This document shows positions 1-8,570 of a stretch of 64,000 bases of DNA, piece by piece. The first letter of the stretch is position 1. Each line of letters starts with the position of its first letter. Source of the DNA: Anaeromyxobacteraceae bacterium (lineage in GTDB: Bacteria; Myxococcota; Myxococcia; Myxococcales; Anaeromyxobacteraceae); NCBI GenBank assembly GCA_032654565.1, contig JAULAX010000009.1, forward strand, positions 160,001-224,000, read 5' to 3'. A program made the translations under genes and the position numbers. Below the pieces are notes generated by a model that was not told the origin of the DNA, searched no databases, and worked only from the letters and a program-made list of their open reading frames with translations.

Positions 1-29
1 CGCGATTTTTCCCACACCTACCTGATGGG

Positions 30-470
30 GTGCCTGTGATTGGCTTCGAGTTCGGCGCCGTGCTGGTCTTCGCCATCGTCGCCGTCGCTTTTGCTCTCGG
101 CGGTATCACCGCCTCCAGGTTGGTCGGCCCCAAGATCCCCAGCGCCGAGAAGAGCTCCATCTACGAATGCGGGGAGCGCCCCATCGGGGTCGCCTGGTTC
201 AACTTCAACCCCCGCTTCTACCTGGTGGCCCTGGTCTTCGTGATCTTCGAGGTCGACATCGCCCTCACCTTCCCGGTGGTGGCGGTCTTCCGCAAGTGGA
301 CCGAGGCCAGCCCCATGCTGGCCTGGGTGGCCTTCTTCGAGCTGCTCCTCTTCATCGCCATCCTGGTGGTCGGCCTGGCCTGGGTCTGGGCCAAGGGGGA
401 CCTCGAGTGGGTGAAGACGCTGAGCCCCACCACCACCACCCAGGACGCCCCGCAGCGCCGCGCCGCCTAG
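30..470 (+). CDS. nuoA: NADH-quinone oxidoreductase subunit A
   Basis: K.S.YECG motif, FYLVALVFVIFEVD, WAKGDLEW; three TM helices. Start may be GTG at 36. Confidence 0.95.
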   Translation: MPVIGFEFGAVLVFAIVAVAFALGGITASRLVGPKIPSAEKSSIYECGERPIGVAWFNFNPRFYLVALVFVIFEVDIALTFPVVAVFRKWTEASPMLAWVAFFELLLFIAILVVGLAWVWAKGDLEWVKTLSPTTTTQDAPQRRAA

Positions 471-503
471 GCCCCCACGGCGACCGGGCAAGGGAGACAG
501 CAG

Positions 504-1022
504 ATGGCAGCCAAGCAAGACTCGGGGATCGGCGGCGACGTCACCCTCTTCCACACCAGCCAGCTCGACCGGCTCATCAACATGGCCCGCGAGAGCTCGC
601 TCTGGTACCTGCTCTTCGGCCTGGCCTGCTGCGGCATCGAGCTGATCCAGACCGGCGGCCCGCGCGCCGACATCATGCGCTTCGGCGCCATCCCCCGCGC
701 CTCCCCCCGCCAGGCCGACTTCATGATCGTGGCCGGCACGCTCACCTACAAGATGGCCGAGCGGGCCAAGCTGCTCCACGACCAGATGTCGGAGCCCAAG
801 TACGTCATCTCCATGGGCTCCTGCGCCAACTGCGGCGGCCTCTTCCAGTACGCCTACTCGGTCTGCAAGGGCGTCGACAAGATGTTCCACGTCGACGTCT
901 ACGTGCCGGGCTGCCCTCCCCGCCCCGAGGCGCTGACCGAAGGGCTGATCCGGCTGCAGGAGCTGGTGCGCGGCGAGCAGTGGACCAACAAGCGGCGGGC
1001 CAGGCCCGCCGCCGCGGTGTGA
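504..1022 (+). CDS. nuoB: NADH-quinone oxidoreductase subunit B
   Basis: [34 protein letters not shown] (N2 cluster ligands). Confidence 0.97.
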   Translation: MAAKQDSGIGGDVTLFHTSQLDRLINMARESSLWYLLFGLACCGIELIQTGGPRADIMRFGAIPRASPRQADFMIVAGTLTYKMAERAKLLHDQMSEPKYVISMGSCANCGGLFQYAYSVCKGVDKMFHVDVYVPGCPPRPEALTEGLIRLQELVRGEQWTNKRRARPAAAV

Positions 1023-1071
1023 GGCCGGAGCGGTTTGGCAGGCGAGAACGACGCGGTCGCTGAGGCCGCGG

Positions 1072-1114
1072 GACGGGGCGAGGGTTCGCGCAGCGCGAGC
1101 CGCTCGCCCCTGTC
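1072..1114. repeat. GC-rich intergenic inverted repeat (REP-like stem-loop) between nuoB and nuoC
   Basis: GGGGCGAG-GGTTCGCG-cag-CGCGAGCC-g-CTCGCCCC at 1075-1110; a smaller hairpin CGCGGTC..GGCCGCG lies at about 1052-1070. Confidence 0.6.
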
Positions 1115-1129
1115 GCAAGAGGGAGCGGA

Positions 1130-1789
1130 ATGACGACCAGCGAGATCCACGAAAGGCTCACGGCGCGCTTCGGCGAGGACGTCGGGGCTCCCTCCCAGAC
1201 CAAGGGTGACCCGTGGCTGCCCGTGAAGGCGGCCCGGCTCGTCGAGGTCTGCGCCTTCCTCAAGGGGACCGACGGCCTGGAGTTCGACTTCTGCGAGGAC
1301 CTCACCGCCGTCGACTGGCCCAAGCGCGAGGTCATCGAGGTGGTGATCCACCTCTACTCCATGAAGCGGAAGCACGCCCTCAAGCTCAAGGTGGACGCCG
1401 CCCGCGCCGCCCCGGTGGTGCCGTCGCTGACCGGGGTCTGGAAGGGGACCGACTGGTTCGAGCGCGAGGTCTACGACCTCTTCGGCGTCTCCTTCACCGG
1501 CCACCCCGACCTGCGCCGCATCATGCTGCCCGACGACTGGGTCGGCCACCCGCTCCGCAAGGACTACCAGGAGGCCGGCGGCTGGCACGGCATCGGGAAC
1601 GAGCGCGAGAACCCGCTGGTGGAGCTGAAGCGTCTCGACGACGTGGCCCGCGCCGCGCTCCCCAAGCCGCCGCCCCCGCCCGCCCCGCCCGCCCCGCCCG
1701 CCCCGCCCGCCCCGCCCGCCCCGCCCGCCGCCCCCGCCGCCCCCGCGGCGCCCGCGGCGCCGGCCGCTCCCACCGCTCCCAAGGCCTGA
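1130..1789 (+). CDS. nuoC: NADH-quinone oxidoreductase subunit C with Pro/Ala-rich C-terminal tail
   Basis: WFEREVYDLFGV.F.GHPDLRRIMLPDDWVGHPLRKDY signature. Confidence 0.96.
   Translation: MTTSEIHERLTARFGEDVGAPSQTKGDPWLPVKAARLVEVCAFLKGTDGLEFDFCEDLTAVDWPKREVIEVVIHLYSMKRKHALKLKVDAARAAPVVPSLTGVWKGTDWFEREVYDLFGVSFTGHPDLRRIMLPDDWVGHPLRKDYQEAGGWHGIGNERENPLVELKRLDDVARAALPKPPPPPAPPAPPAPPAPPAPPAAPAAPAAPAAPAAPTAPKA
1676..1729 (+). repeat. 9-bp tandem repeat (CCGCCCGCC)x6 encoding (PPA)6 in the nuoC tail
   Basis: Read directly from the sequence; followed by degenerate APA repeats. Confidence 0.85.
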
Positions 1790-1801
1790 CCGGAGGACCT
1801 C

Positions 1802-2953
1802 ATGGAAAAGCTCATCCTCCGCCGCGTGGACCAGAACAACGAGGAGATGATCCTCAACTTCGGTCCCCAGCACCCCTCCACCCACGGCGTCATCAACTTC
1901 ATCGTCCAGACCGACGGCGAGGTGCTGCGCAAGGCCATCCCCGACGTCGGCTACCTGCACCGCTCCATCGAGAAGATCGGCGAGAGCACCGGCTACCACG
2001 GCTTCATGCCGTACACCGACCGCATCGACTACGTGGCCGCCATGTTCCCCAACGAGGGGTACGCCATGGCGGTGGAGCGGCTCTGCGGCATCCAGGTGCC
2101 GAAGCGGGCCCTCTACCTGCGCGCCATCTCCACCGAGCTCTGCCGCATCGCCAGCCACCTGGTCTCGATCGGCACCATGACCATGGACATCGGCGCCTTC
2201 ACCCCGATGATCCACGGCATCCGCGAGCGCGAGTCGATCAACGACCTGATCGAGATGCTCTGCGGGGCCCGGCTCACCTACAACTACCACCGCATCGGCG
2301 GCGTGGCCTTCGACATGCCCGAGGGCTGGCGCGACAAGACGCTGGCCTTCCTCGACCACTTCGACAGGTTCCTCGTCGAGTTCGACCGGCTCATCTCCTT
2401 CAACGAGATCTACATCCGGCGGCTGGCCAACGTGGCGGTCATCCCCGGCCCCATGGCCATCGACTACGGCCTCTCCGGCCCCAACCTGCGCGGCTCCGGG
2501 GTCGACTTCGACGTCCGCAAGGCCCTCCCCTACGGCGTCTACCCGGAGTTCGAGTTCGACGTGCCGGTCGGGAAGGGCATGTTCGGGCAGGTGGGCGACT
2601 GCTACGACCGCTACATCTGCCGCACCCGCGAGATGGGCGAGTCGAGCAAGATCGTCCGCCAGGCCATGGACCTGATCCTGCAGGCCCCCGAGGGCGACAT
2701 CGTCGCCCCCAAGGTCTCGCGCAACCTCAAGGTGGAGGCCGGCGAGGCCCTCTCCCGCGTCGAGTCGGCGCGCGGCGAGATGGCCTTCTACCTGGTGGCC
2801 GACGGCACCAACAAGGCCTGGCGGGTCCGCACCCGGACCGGCTCCTTCACCGCCATGGGGATCATCGAGGCCATCAGCCCCGGCCTGATGGTGGCCGACC
2901 TGGTGGCCCTCATCGCCTCCCTGGACGTCGTCGCCCCGGAGATCGACCGCTAA
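1802..2953 (+). CDS. nuoD: NADH-quinone oxidoreductase subunit D
   Basis: [34 protein letters not shown]-terminal EIDR; no NiFe CxxC pairs. Confidence 0.97.
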   Translation: MEKLILRRVDQNNEEMILNFGPQHPSTHGVINFIVQTDGEVLRKAIPDVGYLHRSIEKIGESTGYHGFMPYTDRIDYVAAMFPNEGYAMAVERLCGIQVPKRALYLRAISTELCRIASHLVSIGTMTMDIGAFTPMIHGIRERESINDLIEMLCGARLTYNYHRIGGVAFDMPEGWRDKTLAFLDHFDRFLVEFDRLISFNEIYIRRLANVAVIPGPMAIDYGLSGPNLRGSGVDFDVRKALPYGVYPEFEFDVPVGKGMFGQVGDCYDRYICRTREMGESSKIVRQAMDLILQAPEGDIVAPKVSRNLKVEAGEALSRVESARGEMAFYLVADGTNKAWRVRTRTGSFTAMGIIEAISPGLMVADLVALIASLDVVAPEIDR

Positions 2954-4323
2954 TGCTCGAGCACACCCAGCGCCCGCTGCTCTCCCCCCGCGGCGTCGTC
3001 CTCGCCACCCTGATCGTCGCCACGGCGCTGCCCGGCGCCCTCTTCGGCGGCATCCTGGCGCTGACCGCCGCCACCAAGCCCCTCATGGTGGCCGCCCTGA
3101 TCCGCCGGTTCGTCGGCGTCGACCCGGCCACCTGGCCCTACACCACCCTGGTCTCCTGGGGCTCGGTGGCGGTGCTGGCGCTGATCCTGCTCACCTTCGG
3201 CGCCGTCATCTCCGGCATGACCGTCTGGTGGGAGATGCGGGTCAGCTCCCGCATGCAGAGCCGCATCGGCTACAACCGGGCCGGCGCCGGCGGCTTCCTC
3301 CAGTGGATCGCCGACGCCGTCAAGCTGCTCTTCAAGGAGGACCTGATCCCGGCCGAGGCCGACGGGATGATCTTCCGCGTCGCCCCGTACTTCGTCATGA
3401 CCGGCTTCGCGCTCACCTTCGTGGCGCTCCCCTTCGGCGAGAGCCTGATCGCCGCCGACCTCAACGTCGGCATCTTCTACCTGATCGCCGTCACCGCCCT
3501 GGTGGTGGTGGGCATCCTGCTGGCCGGCTGGTCGTCCAACTCCAAGTGGGCGCTCTTCGGCGGCATGCGGTCGGCCGCCCAGGTGGTGAGCTACGAGATC
3601 CCGGCCGGCCTGGCCATCATGGTGCCCATCCTCATGGCCGGGACCCTCTCCATGCAGGGGATCATCCGGGCCCAGGGGGCCTGGCCGTGGCAGTGGTTCG
3701 TCTTCACCAACCCCGCCGCCACCGTGGCCTTCGTCATCTTCTTCATCGCCCAGCTGGCCGAGGGCAACCGCACCCCGTTCGACCTCCCCGAGGCCGAGTC
3801 GGAGCTGGTGGCCGGCTACCTCTCCGAGTACTCGGGCTTCCGCTTCGCCCTCTACTTCCTCGTCGAGTTCGGCAACCTCTGGGTGATGGCGGCCGTCACC
3901 TCCACGCTCTTCCTGGGCGGCTGGCAGATCCCCGGGGTGGGCCCGGAGACCTTCGCCGCCGCCCGCGGGGCCGGCGACCTGCCCGGCGCCGCCTGGTGGG
4001 GGCTGCAGGTGCTCTCCATGGTGGTGATGGTGGTGAAGACCCTGGTGGTCCTCAACCTCATCGTCTGGATCCGCTGGACGCTGCCCCGCATCCGCATCGA
4101 CCAGATGATGAACCTCTGCTGGAAGTACCTGGTCCCGTTCGCCTTCGTCACCTTCGTCTTCACCCTGCTCTGGCAGGTGCTGGTGGCGCGGGCGCCGGTC
4201 CTCTCCACCGTCACCGGGGTGGTCCTCTTCGGCGCCTTCGTGGTGGCGACCTTCTTCTTCGTCAGGCTGACCAAGGCCAACATCGTCGCCGCCGGCGACC
4301 GCGTCGACATGAGCAACTGGTAA
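2953..4323 (+). CDS. nuoH: NADH-quinone oxidoreductase subunit H with hydrophobic N-terminal extension
   Basis: ATG overlaps the nuoD stop (TAATG); MQSRIG.NR, QWIADAVKLLFKED, RSAAQVVSYE, NRTPFDLPEAESELVAG, PRIRIDQ. Confidence 0.95.
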   Translation: MLEHTQRPLLSPRGVVLATLIVATALPGALFGGILALTAATKPLMVAALIRRFVGVDPATWPYTTLVSWGSVAVLALILLTFGAVISGMTVWWEMRVSSRMQSRIGYNRAGAGGFLQWIADAVKLLFKEDLIPAEADGMIFRVAPYFVMTGFALTFVALPFGESLIAADLNVGIFYLIAVTALVVVGILLAGWSSNSKWALFGGMRSAAQVVSYEIPAGLAIMVPILMAGTLSMQGIIRAQGAWPWQWFVFTNPAATVAFVIFFIAQLAEGNRTPFDLPEAESELVAGYLSEYSGFRFALYFLVEFGNLWVMAAVTSTLFLGGWQIPGVGPETFAAARGAGDLPGAAWWGLQVLSMVVMVVKTLVVLNLIVWIRWTLPRIRIDQMMNLCWKYLVPFAFVTFVFTLLWQVLVARAPVLSTVTGVVLFGAFVVATFFFVRLTKANIVAAGDRVDMSNW

Positions 4324-4337
4324 CCGGAGCCGCTTCG

Positions 4338-4994
4338 ATGACCCTGAACGAATACGCGGGAAGCATGCAGAAGACGGTGTCGTCCTTCTGGCACGGCCTC
4401 TCCATCACCATGTCGCACCTCTTCCGCCGCCCCTCGACGGTCCAGTACCCGGACCGCACGCCGCTGCCGGTGCGGGACATGCTGCCGCCCCGCTACCGCG
4501 GCTTCCTCGAGGTGGACGCCGCCATCTGCACCGGCTGCCAGGCCTGCGAGCGGGCCTGCCCCATCGCCTGCATGCAGATCACGCTGGAGAAGGACCCCGC
4601 CAACCCCAAGCAGCGGCTGGTGACCCAGTTCGACATCGACGAGGCCAAGTGCATGTACTGCGGCCTCTGCGTCGAGCCCTGCCCCACCGGGGCCATCCAG
4701 CACACCACCGAGTTCGAGGCCTCGATGCGGAACATCCGCAACCTGGTCTTCCGCTGGGCCGATCCGCTCAAGCCCTTCCCCGTCTACAAGGTGGAGAAGG
4801 GGGCGGAGTTCTTCCCGCGGGCGCCGCTCGGCTCGCTGGTGCGCGCCAAGCTCGACGCCATCCACTGGGACGAGGCGGCGGTCACCTACCTGCCGCCGGA
4901 GCCGCCGGCTCTCCCCGCCGCCGCCGTCGCGCCCGCCGCCGCCCCGGCCGCGGCCGCGCCCCCGGCCCCCCCCTCCAACCCCGAGTCGAAGTAG
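4338..4994 (+). CDS. nuoI: NADH-quinone oxidoreductase subunit I
   Basis: TVQYP; two CxxCxxCxxxCP ferredoxin motifs (CTGCQACERACP, CMYCGLCVEPCP). ATG at 4338 lies within ORF 3228..4994. Confidence 0.95.
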   Translation: MTLNEYAGSMQKTVSSFWHGLSITMSHLFRRPSTVQYPDRTPLPVRDMLPPRYRGFLEVDAAICTGCQACERACPIACMQITLEKDPANPKQRLVTQFDIDEAKCMYCGLCVEPCPTGAIQHTTEFEASMRNIRNLVFRWADPLKPFPVYKVEKGAEFFPRAPLGSLVRAKLDAIHWDEAAVTYLPPEPPALPAAAVAPAAAPAAAAPPAPPSNPESK

Positions 4995-5003
4995 GAGCCC
5001 CCG

Positions 5004-5639
5004 ATGACGCAGAGCACGGGCAAGATCATCGGCTGGATCCTCGGCACCGCGCTGGCCATCGGCTTCGTGGTGGTGATGGGCCAGCTGGCCATCGTCCCCG
5101 CCATGAAGGCCATGCCCCCGGGGGAGGCCAGCGCCACCGGCCTCGTCGACGTCCTCTTCTACGTCATCGCCGGCCTGACCATCGCCGGCGCCGCCGGGGT
5201 GGCCCTCTCCCACAACATCCTCTACAGCGCCATCGGCCTGCTGGGGGCGCTGCTGGGGGCCGGGGCGCTCTACGTCTTCCTGGCCGCCGACTTCCTCGCC
5301 GTGGCCCAGCTGCTCATCTACATCGGCGGCGTGCTGGTGCTGGTGCTCTTCGCGGTGATGCTGACCAACCGCATCAGCGAGATCACCGTCTCCAACGCCA
5401 GCCTCGGGCTCTGGGGCGGGGCCATGCTCTTCATCGCCGTGGCCCCGGTGCTGCTGGCGGTGGCCCTGGTGACCCCCTGGGAGACCATCACCCCGGCGGC
5501 GGCCGCCTACACCACCGAGACCATCGGCGACAGCCTGCTGACCCGGTGGCTGCTGCCCTTCGAGGTCGCCTCCATGGTGCTGCTGGCCAGCCTGGTCGGG
5601 GCCATCGTCATCGCCCGCAAGGAGATCAAGGCCGACTGA
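5004..5639 (+). CDS. nuoJ: NADH-quinone oxidoreductase subunit J
   Basis: ADFLAVAQLLIYIGGVLVLVLFAVML, LLPFEVASMVLL. Confidence 0.94.
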   Translation: MTQSTGKIIGWILGTALAIGFVVVMGQLAIVPAMKAMPPGEASATGLVDVLFYVIAGLTIAGAAGVALSHNILYSAIGLLGALLGAGALYVFLAADFLAVAQLLIYIGGVLVLVLFAVMLTNRISEITVSNASLGLWGGAMLFIAVAPVLLAVALVTPWETITPAAAAYTTETIGDSLLTRWLLPFEVASMVLLASLVGAIVIARKEIKAD

Positions 5640-5691
5640 CCCTTCGGGCCGGTCCCCACCTTTCGGCCGCGCTGCGGCCACGGAGCCAACC

Positions 5692-6000
5692 ATGCAGATC
5701 TCCCTCCCCCACTTCCTCATCGTCGGCGCGCTGCTCTTCTGCTTCGGCCTGGTCACCGTCACCACCCGGCGCAACGCCGTCGGCGTGCTGATGGGCGTCG
5801 AGCTGATCCTCAACGGCGCCAACATCAACTTCGCCGCCTTCAACCACTACGTGGTCGGGGGCGTCTCCGGCCAGGTCTTCGCCCTCTTCGTCATCGTGCT
5901 GGCCGCCGCCGAGGCCGCCGTCGGCCTGGCCATCGTGCTGGCCGTCTTCCAGACCTTCAAGACCATCGACGTCCGCTACGCGGACCTGATGCGGGAGTGA
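5692..6000 (+). CDS. nuoK: NADH-quinone oxidoreductase subunit K
   Basis: RRN..LMGVELILN, GQVFALFVIVLAAAEAAVGLAI. Confidence 0.96.
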   Translation: MQISLPHFLIVGALLFCFGLVTVTTRRNAVGVLMGVELILNGANINFAAFNHYVVGGVSGQVFALFVIVLAAAEAAVGLAIVLAVFQTFKTIDVRYADLMRE

Positions 6001-6001
6001 C

Positions 6002-8551
6002 ATGGGACACGAATCCACCCAACTGGTGCCGGTCGTGGTGACGCACGCCACCTGGCTGTGGCTCATCCCGCTCTTCCCGCTGGTCGGCGCCACCCTCAAC
6101 GCCCTCTTCGGCTGGAAGCTGCAGGGGATCTTCGGCGAGCCGAAGTCGATGAAGGGCGGCCGGGGCAAGCAGCTGGTCCACTTCATCGCCGTGGGCGCCA
6201 TGATGGCGTCCTTCGCGGTGGCGGCCTGGTCCTTCGTCCAGCTCAAGGGGCTGCCGGCCGAGGAGCGCTTCCTCCAGCAGACCCTCTGGAACATGTTCAC
6301 CGCCGGCCGGCTCTCGGTCGACCTGGCCTTCTCGCTCGACCAGCTCTCCATGCTGATGGTGCTGGTGATCACCGGCATCGGCACCCTGATCCACATCTTC
6401 TCCATCGGCTACATGGCGGAGGAGCCGGCCTACTGGCGCTTCTTCTGCTACCTGAACCTCTTCGTCTTCGCCATGTTGCTGCTGGTGATGGGCGACAACT
6501 TCGCGGTGATGTTCTTCGGCTGGGAGGGCGTCGGCCTGGCCTCCTACCTGCTCATCGCCTTCTGGTACACCGACCCGGAGAAGGCCGCCGCCGGCATGAA
6601 GGCCTTCGTCGTCAACCGCTTCGGCGACTTCGGCTTCATCATCGGCCTGATGCTGCTCTTCTGGGGGCTGGGCGGCGCCTGGCAGGCGCGCCCCGGGGTG
6701 CTGCGCAACCTCGACTACGTCCCCAGCGTGGAGATGAACAGCAACGCCGGCGCCTCCACCGCCGCCGAGTCCGAGGCCCTGGCGCCCCGGGTCCACGGGG
6801 TCAAGGTCGGCCCCACCATGAACTTCCGCGAGCTCCGCGACCAGGTGGTCATCGAGGCCACCGGCGTCAAGGAGCACCTGGCCGGCACCACCGTCTGGGG
6901 CGTCTCGCTGCTGACGCTGATCGGCATGCTGCTGTTCGTGGGCGCCATGGGCAAGTCGGCCCAGATCCCGCTCTTCGTCTGGCTCCCCGACGCCATGGCC
7001 GGCCCCACCCCGGTCTCCGCCCTGATCCACGCCGCCACCATGGTCACCGCCGGCGTCTACATGGTGGCCCGGCTCAACTTCCTCTTCGTGATGTCGCCGA
7101 GCGCCATGGGCTGGGTGGCCCTGATCGGCGCGCTCACCGCCATCTTCGCCGCCACCATCGGGTTCTTCCAGTACGACATCAAGAAGGTGCTGGCCTACTC
7201 GACGGTGTCGCAGCTGGGCTTCATGTTCATCGGCGTCGGCACCGGCGCCTACTGGGCCGGCATCTACCACCTGATGACCCACGCCTTCTTCAAGGCCACC
7301 CTCTTCCTCGGGTCGGGCTCGGTGATCCTCGGCTGCCACCACGAGCAGGACATGCGGAAGATGGGCGGGCTGAAGAAGCACATGCCCATCACCCGGTGGA
7401 CCTACCTGATCGCCACCATCGCCATCGCCGGCTTCCCCATCGCCAACGGCTTCTACTCGAAGGACGAGATCCTCTGGAAGGCCTTCACCAGCCGCCACCT
7501 GGCGCTCTTCGGGTACCCGACGCCCTGGCTGGGGCCGGCCATCTACGTCCTCGGCCTGATCGCGGCCACCGGCACCTCCTTCTACATGTACCGGTCGTAC
7601 TACATGACCTTCACCGGCGAGTACCGCGGCGGCGACGGCCACCACGGTGACGCTCACGCCGCTCACGCGGCGACTGCGCACGCCGACGCCCACGGGGCGC
7701 ACGCCGCCCCGGCGGCGGCCGCGGCCCACGCCGTCCACGCCGCCCCGGCCGACCACGGCCATGGCGGCCACGCGGCCCACCCCGCCCCGGCGGCGCACGG
7801 CCACGACGCCCACGGCCACGGCGCGCACGCCGCGCCCGCGGCGGCCACCGCCGCCCCGGCCGACGATCACGGCGGCGGCCACCACGGCGGCACGCCGCAC
7901 GAGTCGCCCTGGCAGATCACCCTGGTGCTGGCGATCCTCGCGGCCGGCTCGGTGCTCACCCTCTTCCTCGGCATCCCCATCCTCTGGCAGCACACCTTCG
8001 CCCACGCCAACACCCCGCCGCTCATCGAGCACTGGCTGGAGCCGGTGCTGCTGGCCAAGGTGGCCTTCGGGCACGGCACCGTGGCCATGGAGTGGGTCTT
8101 CCAGGGGCTGGGCGTGCTGGCCGCCACCGTCGGCTTCGTGGCCGCCCGCGCCGTCTACAAGGACAACAAGAACGAGGCGGCCCTGCTGGCCATGATCGGC
8201 CGCTGGAAGGGCGTCTGGACCGTCGTCTACAACAAGTACTACGTGGACGAGCTCTACGAGCGGATCGTGCTGCGCCCCGCCGCCGCCGTGGCCCGCAGCT
8301 TCTCCTGGTTCGACGGCAAGATCCTCGACGGCCTGGTGCACGCCGTGGCCGGCGTCACCAAGGTCTTCGCCAACTTCGACGGCGCCATCGACAAGTACGT
8401 GGTCGACGGCGCGGTCAACGGCGTCGCCAGCGTCATCTCGTGGGGCGGCGGCTCGCTGCGCCTGCTCCAGACCGGCCGCATCCAGACCTACCTCTACGGC
8501 GCCCTCGGCGGCGCCCTGGTGGTGGTCCTCGTCAACTTCCTGATCAGCTAG
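6002..8551 (+). CDS. nuoL: NADH-quinone oxidoreductase subunit L with His/Ala-rich insertion
   Basis: GWEGVG, KAFVVNRFGDFG, GKSAQIPLFVWLPDAMAGPTPVSALIHAATMVTAG, HAFFKA, QTGRIQTY. Confidence 0.97.
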   Translation: MGHESTQLVPVVVTHATWLWLIPLFPLVGATLNALFGWKLQGIFGEPKSMKGGRGKQLVHFIAVGAMMASFAVAAWSFVQLKGLPAEERFLQQTLWNMFTAGRLSVDLAFSLDQLSMLMVLVITGIGTLIHIFSIGYMAEEPAYWRFFCYLNLFVFAMLLLVMGDNFAVMFFGWEGVGLASYLLIAFWYTDPEKAAAGMKAFVVNRFGDFGFIIGLMLLFWGLGGAWQARPGVLRNLDYVPSVEMNSNAGASTAAESEALAPRVHGVKVGPTMNFRELRDQVVIEATGVKEHLAGTTVWGVSLLTLIGMLLFVGAMGKSAQIPLFVWLPDAMAGPTPVSALIHAATMVTAGVYMVARLNFLFVMSPSAMGWVALIGALTAIFAATIGFFQYDIKKVLAYSTVSQLGFMFIGVGTGAYWAGIYHLMTHAFFKATLFLGSGSVILGCHHEQDMRKMGGLKKHMPITRWTYLIATIAIAGFPIANGFYSKDEILWKAFTSRHLALFGYPTPWLGPAIYVLGLIAATGTSFYMYRSYYMTFTGEYRGGDGHHGDAHAAHAATAHADAHGAHAAPAAAAAHAVHAAPADHGHGGHAAHPAPAAHGHDAHGHGAHAAPAAATAAPADDHGGGHHGGTPHESPWQITLVLAILAAGSVLTLFLGIPILWQHTFAHANTPPLIEHWLEPVLLAKVAFGHGTVAMEWVFQGLGVLAATVGFVAARAVYKDNKNEAALLAMIGRWKGVWTVVYNKYYVDELYERIVLRPAAAVARSFSWFDGKILDGLVHAVAGVTKVFANFDGAIDKYVVDGAVNGVASVISWGGGSLRLLQTGRIQTYLYGALGGALVVVLVNFLIS

Positions 8552-8570
8552 CGCTCAAGGAGCCCGCCTC

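Noticed and set aside
504..2953. Group 4 NiFe hydrogenase (Ech/Hyf) interpretation of the nuoEFG-less cluster
   Set aside because: The large subunit lacks both CxxC Ni-binding motifs and has NuoD quinone-site motifs; nuoA, J and K are present.
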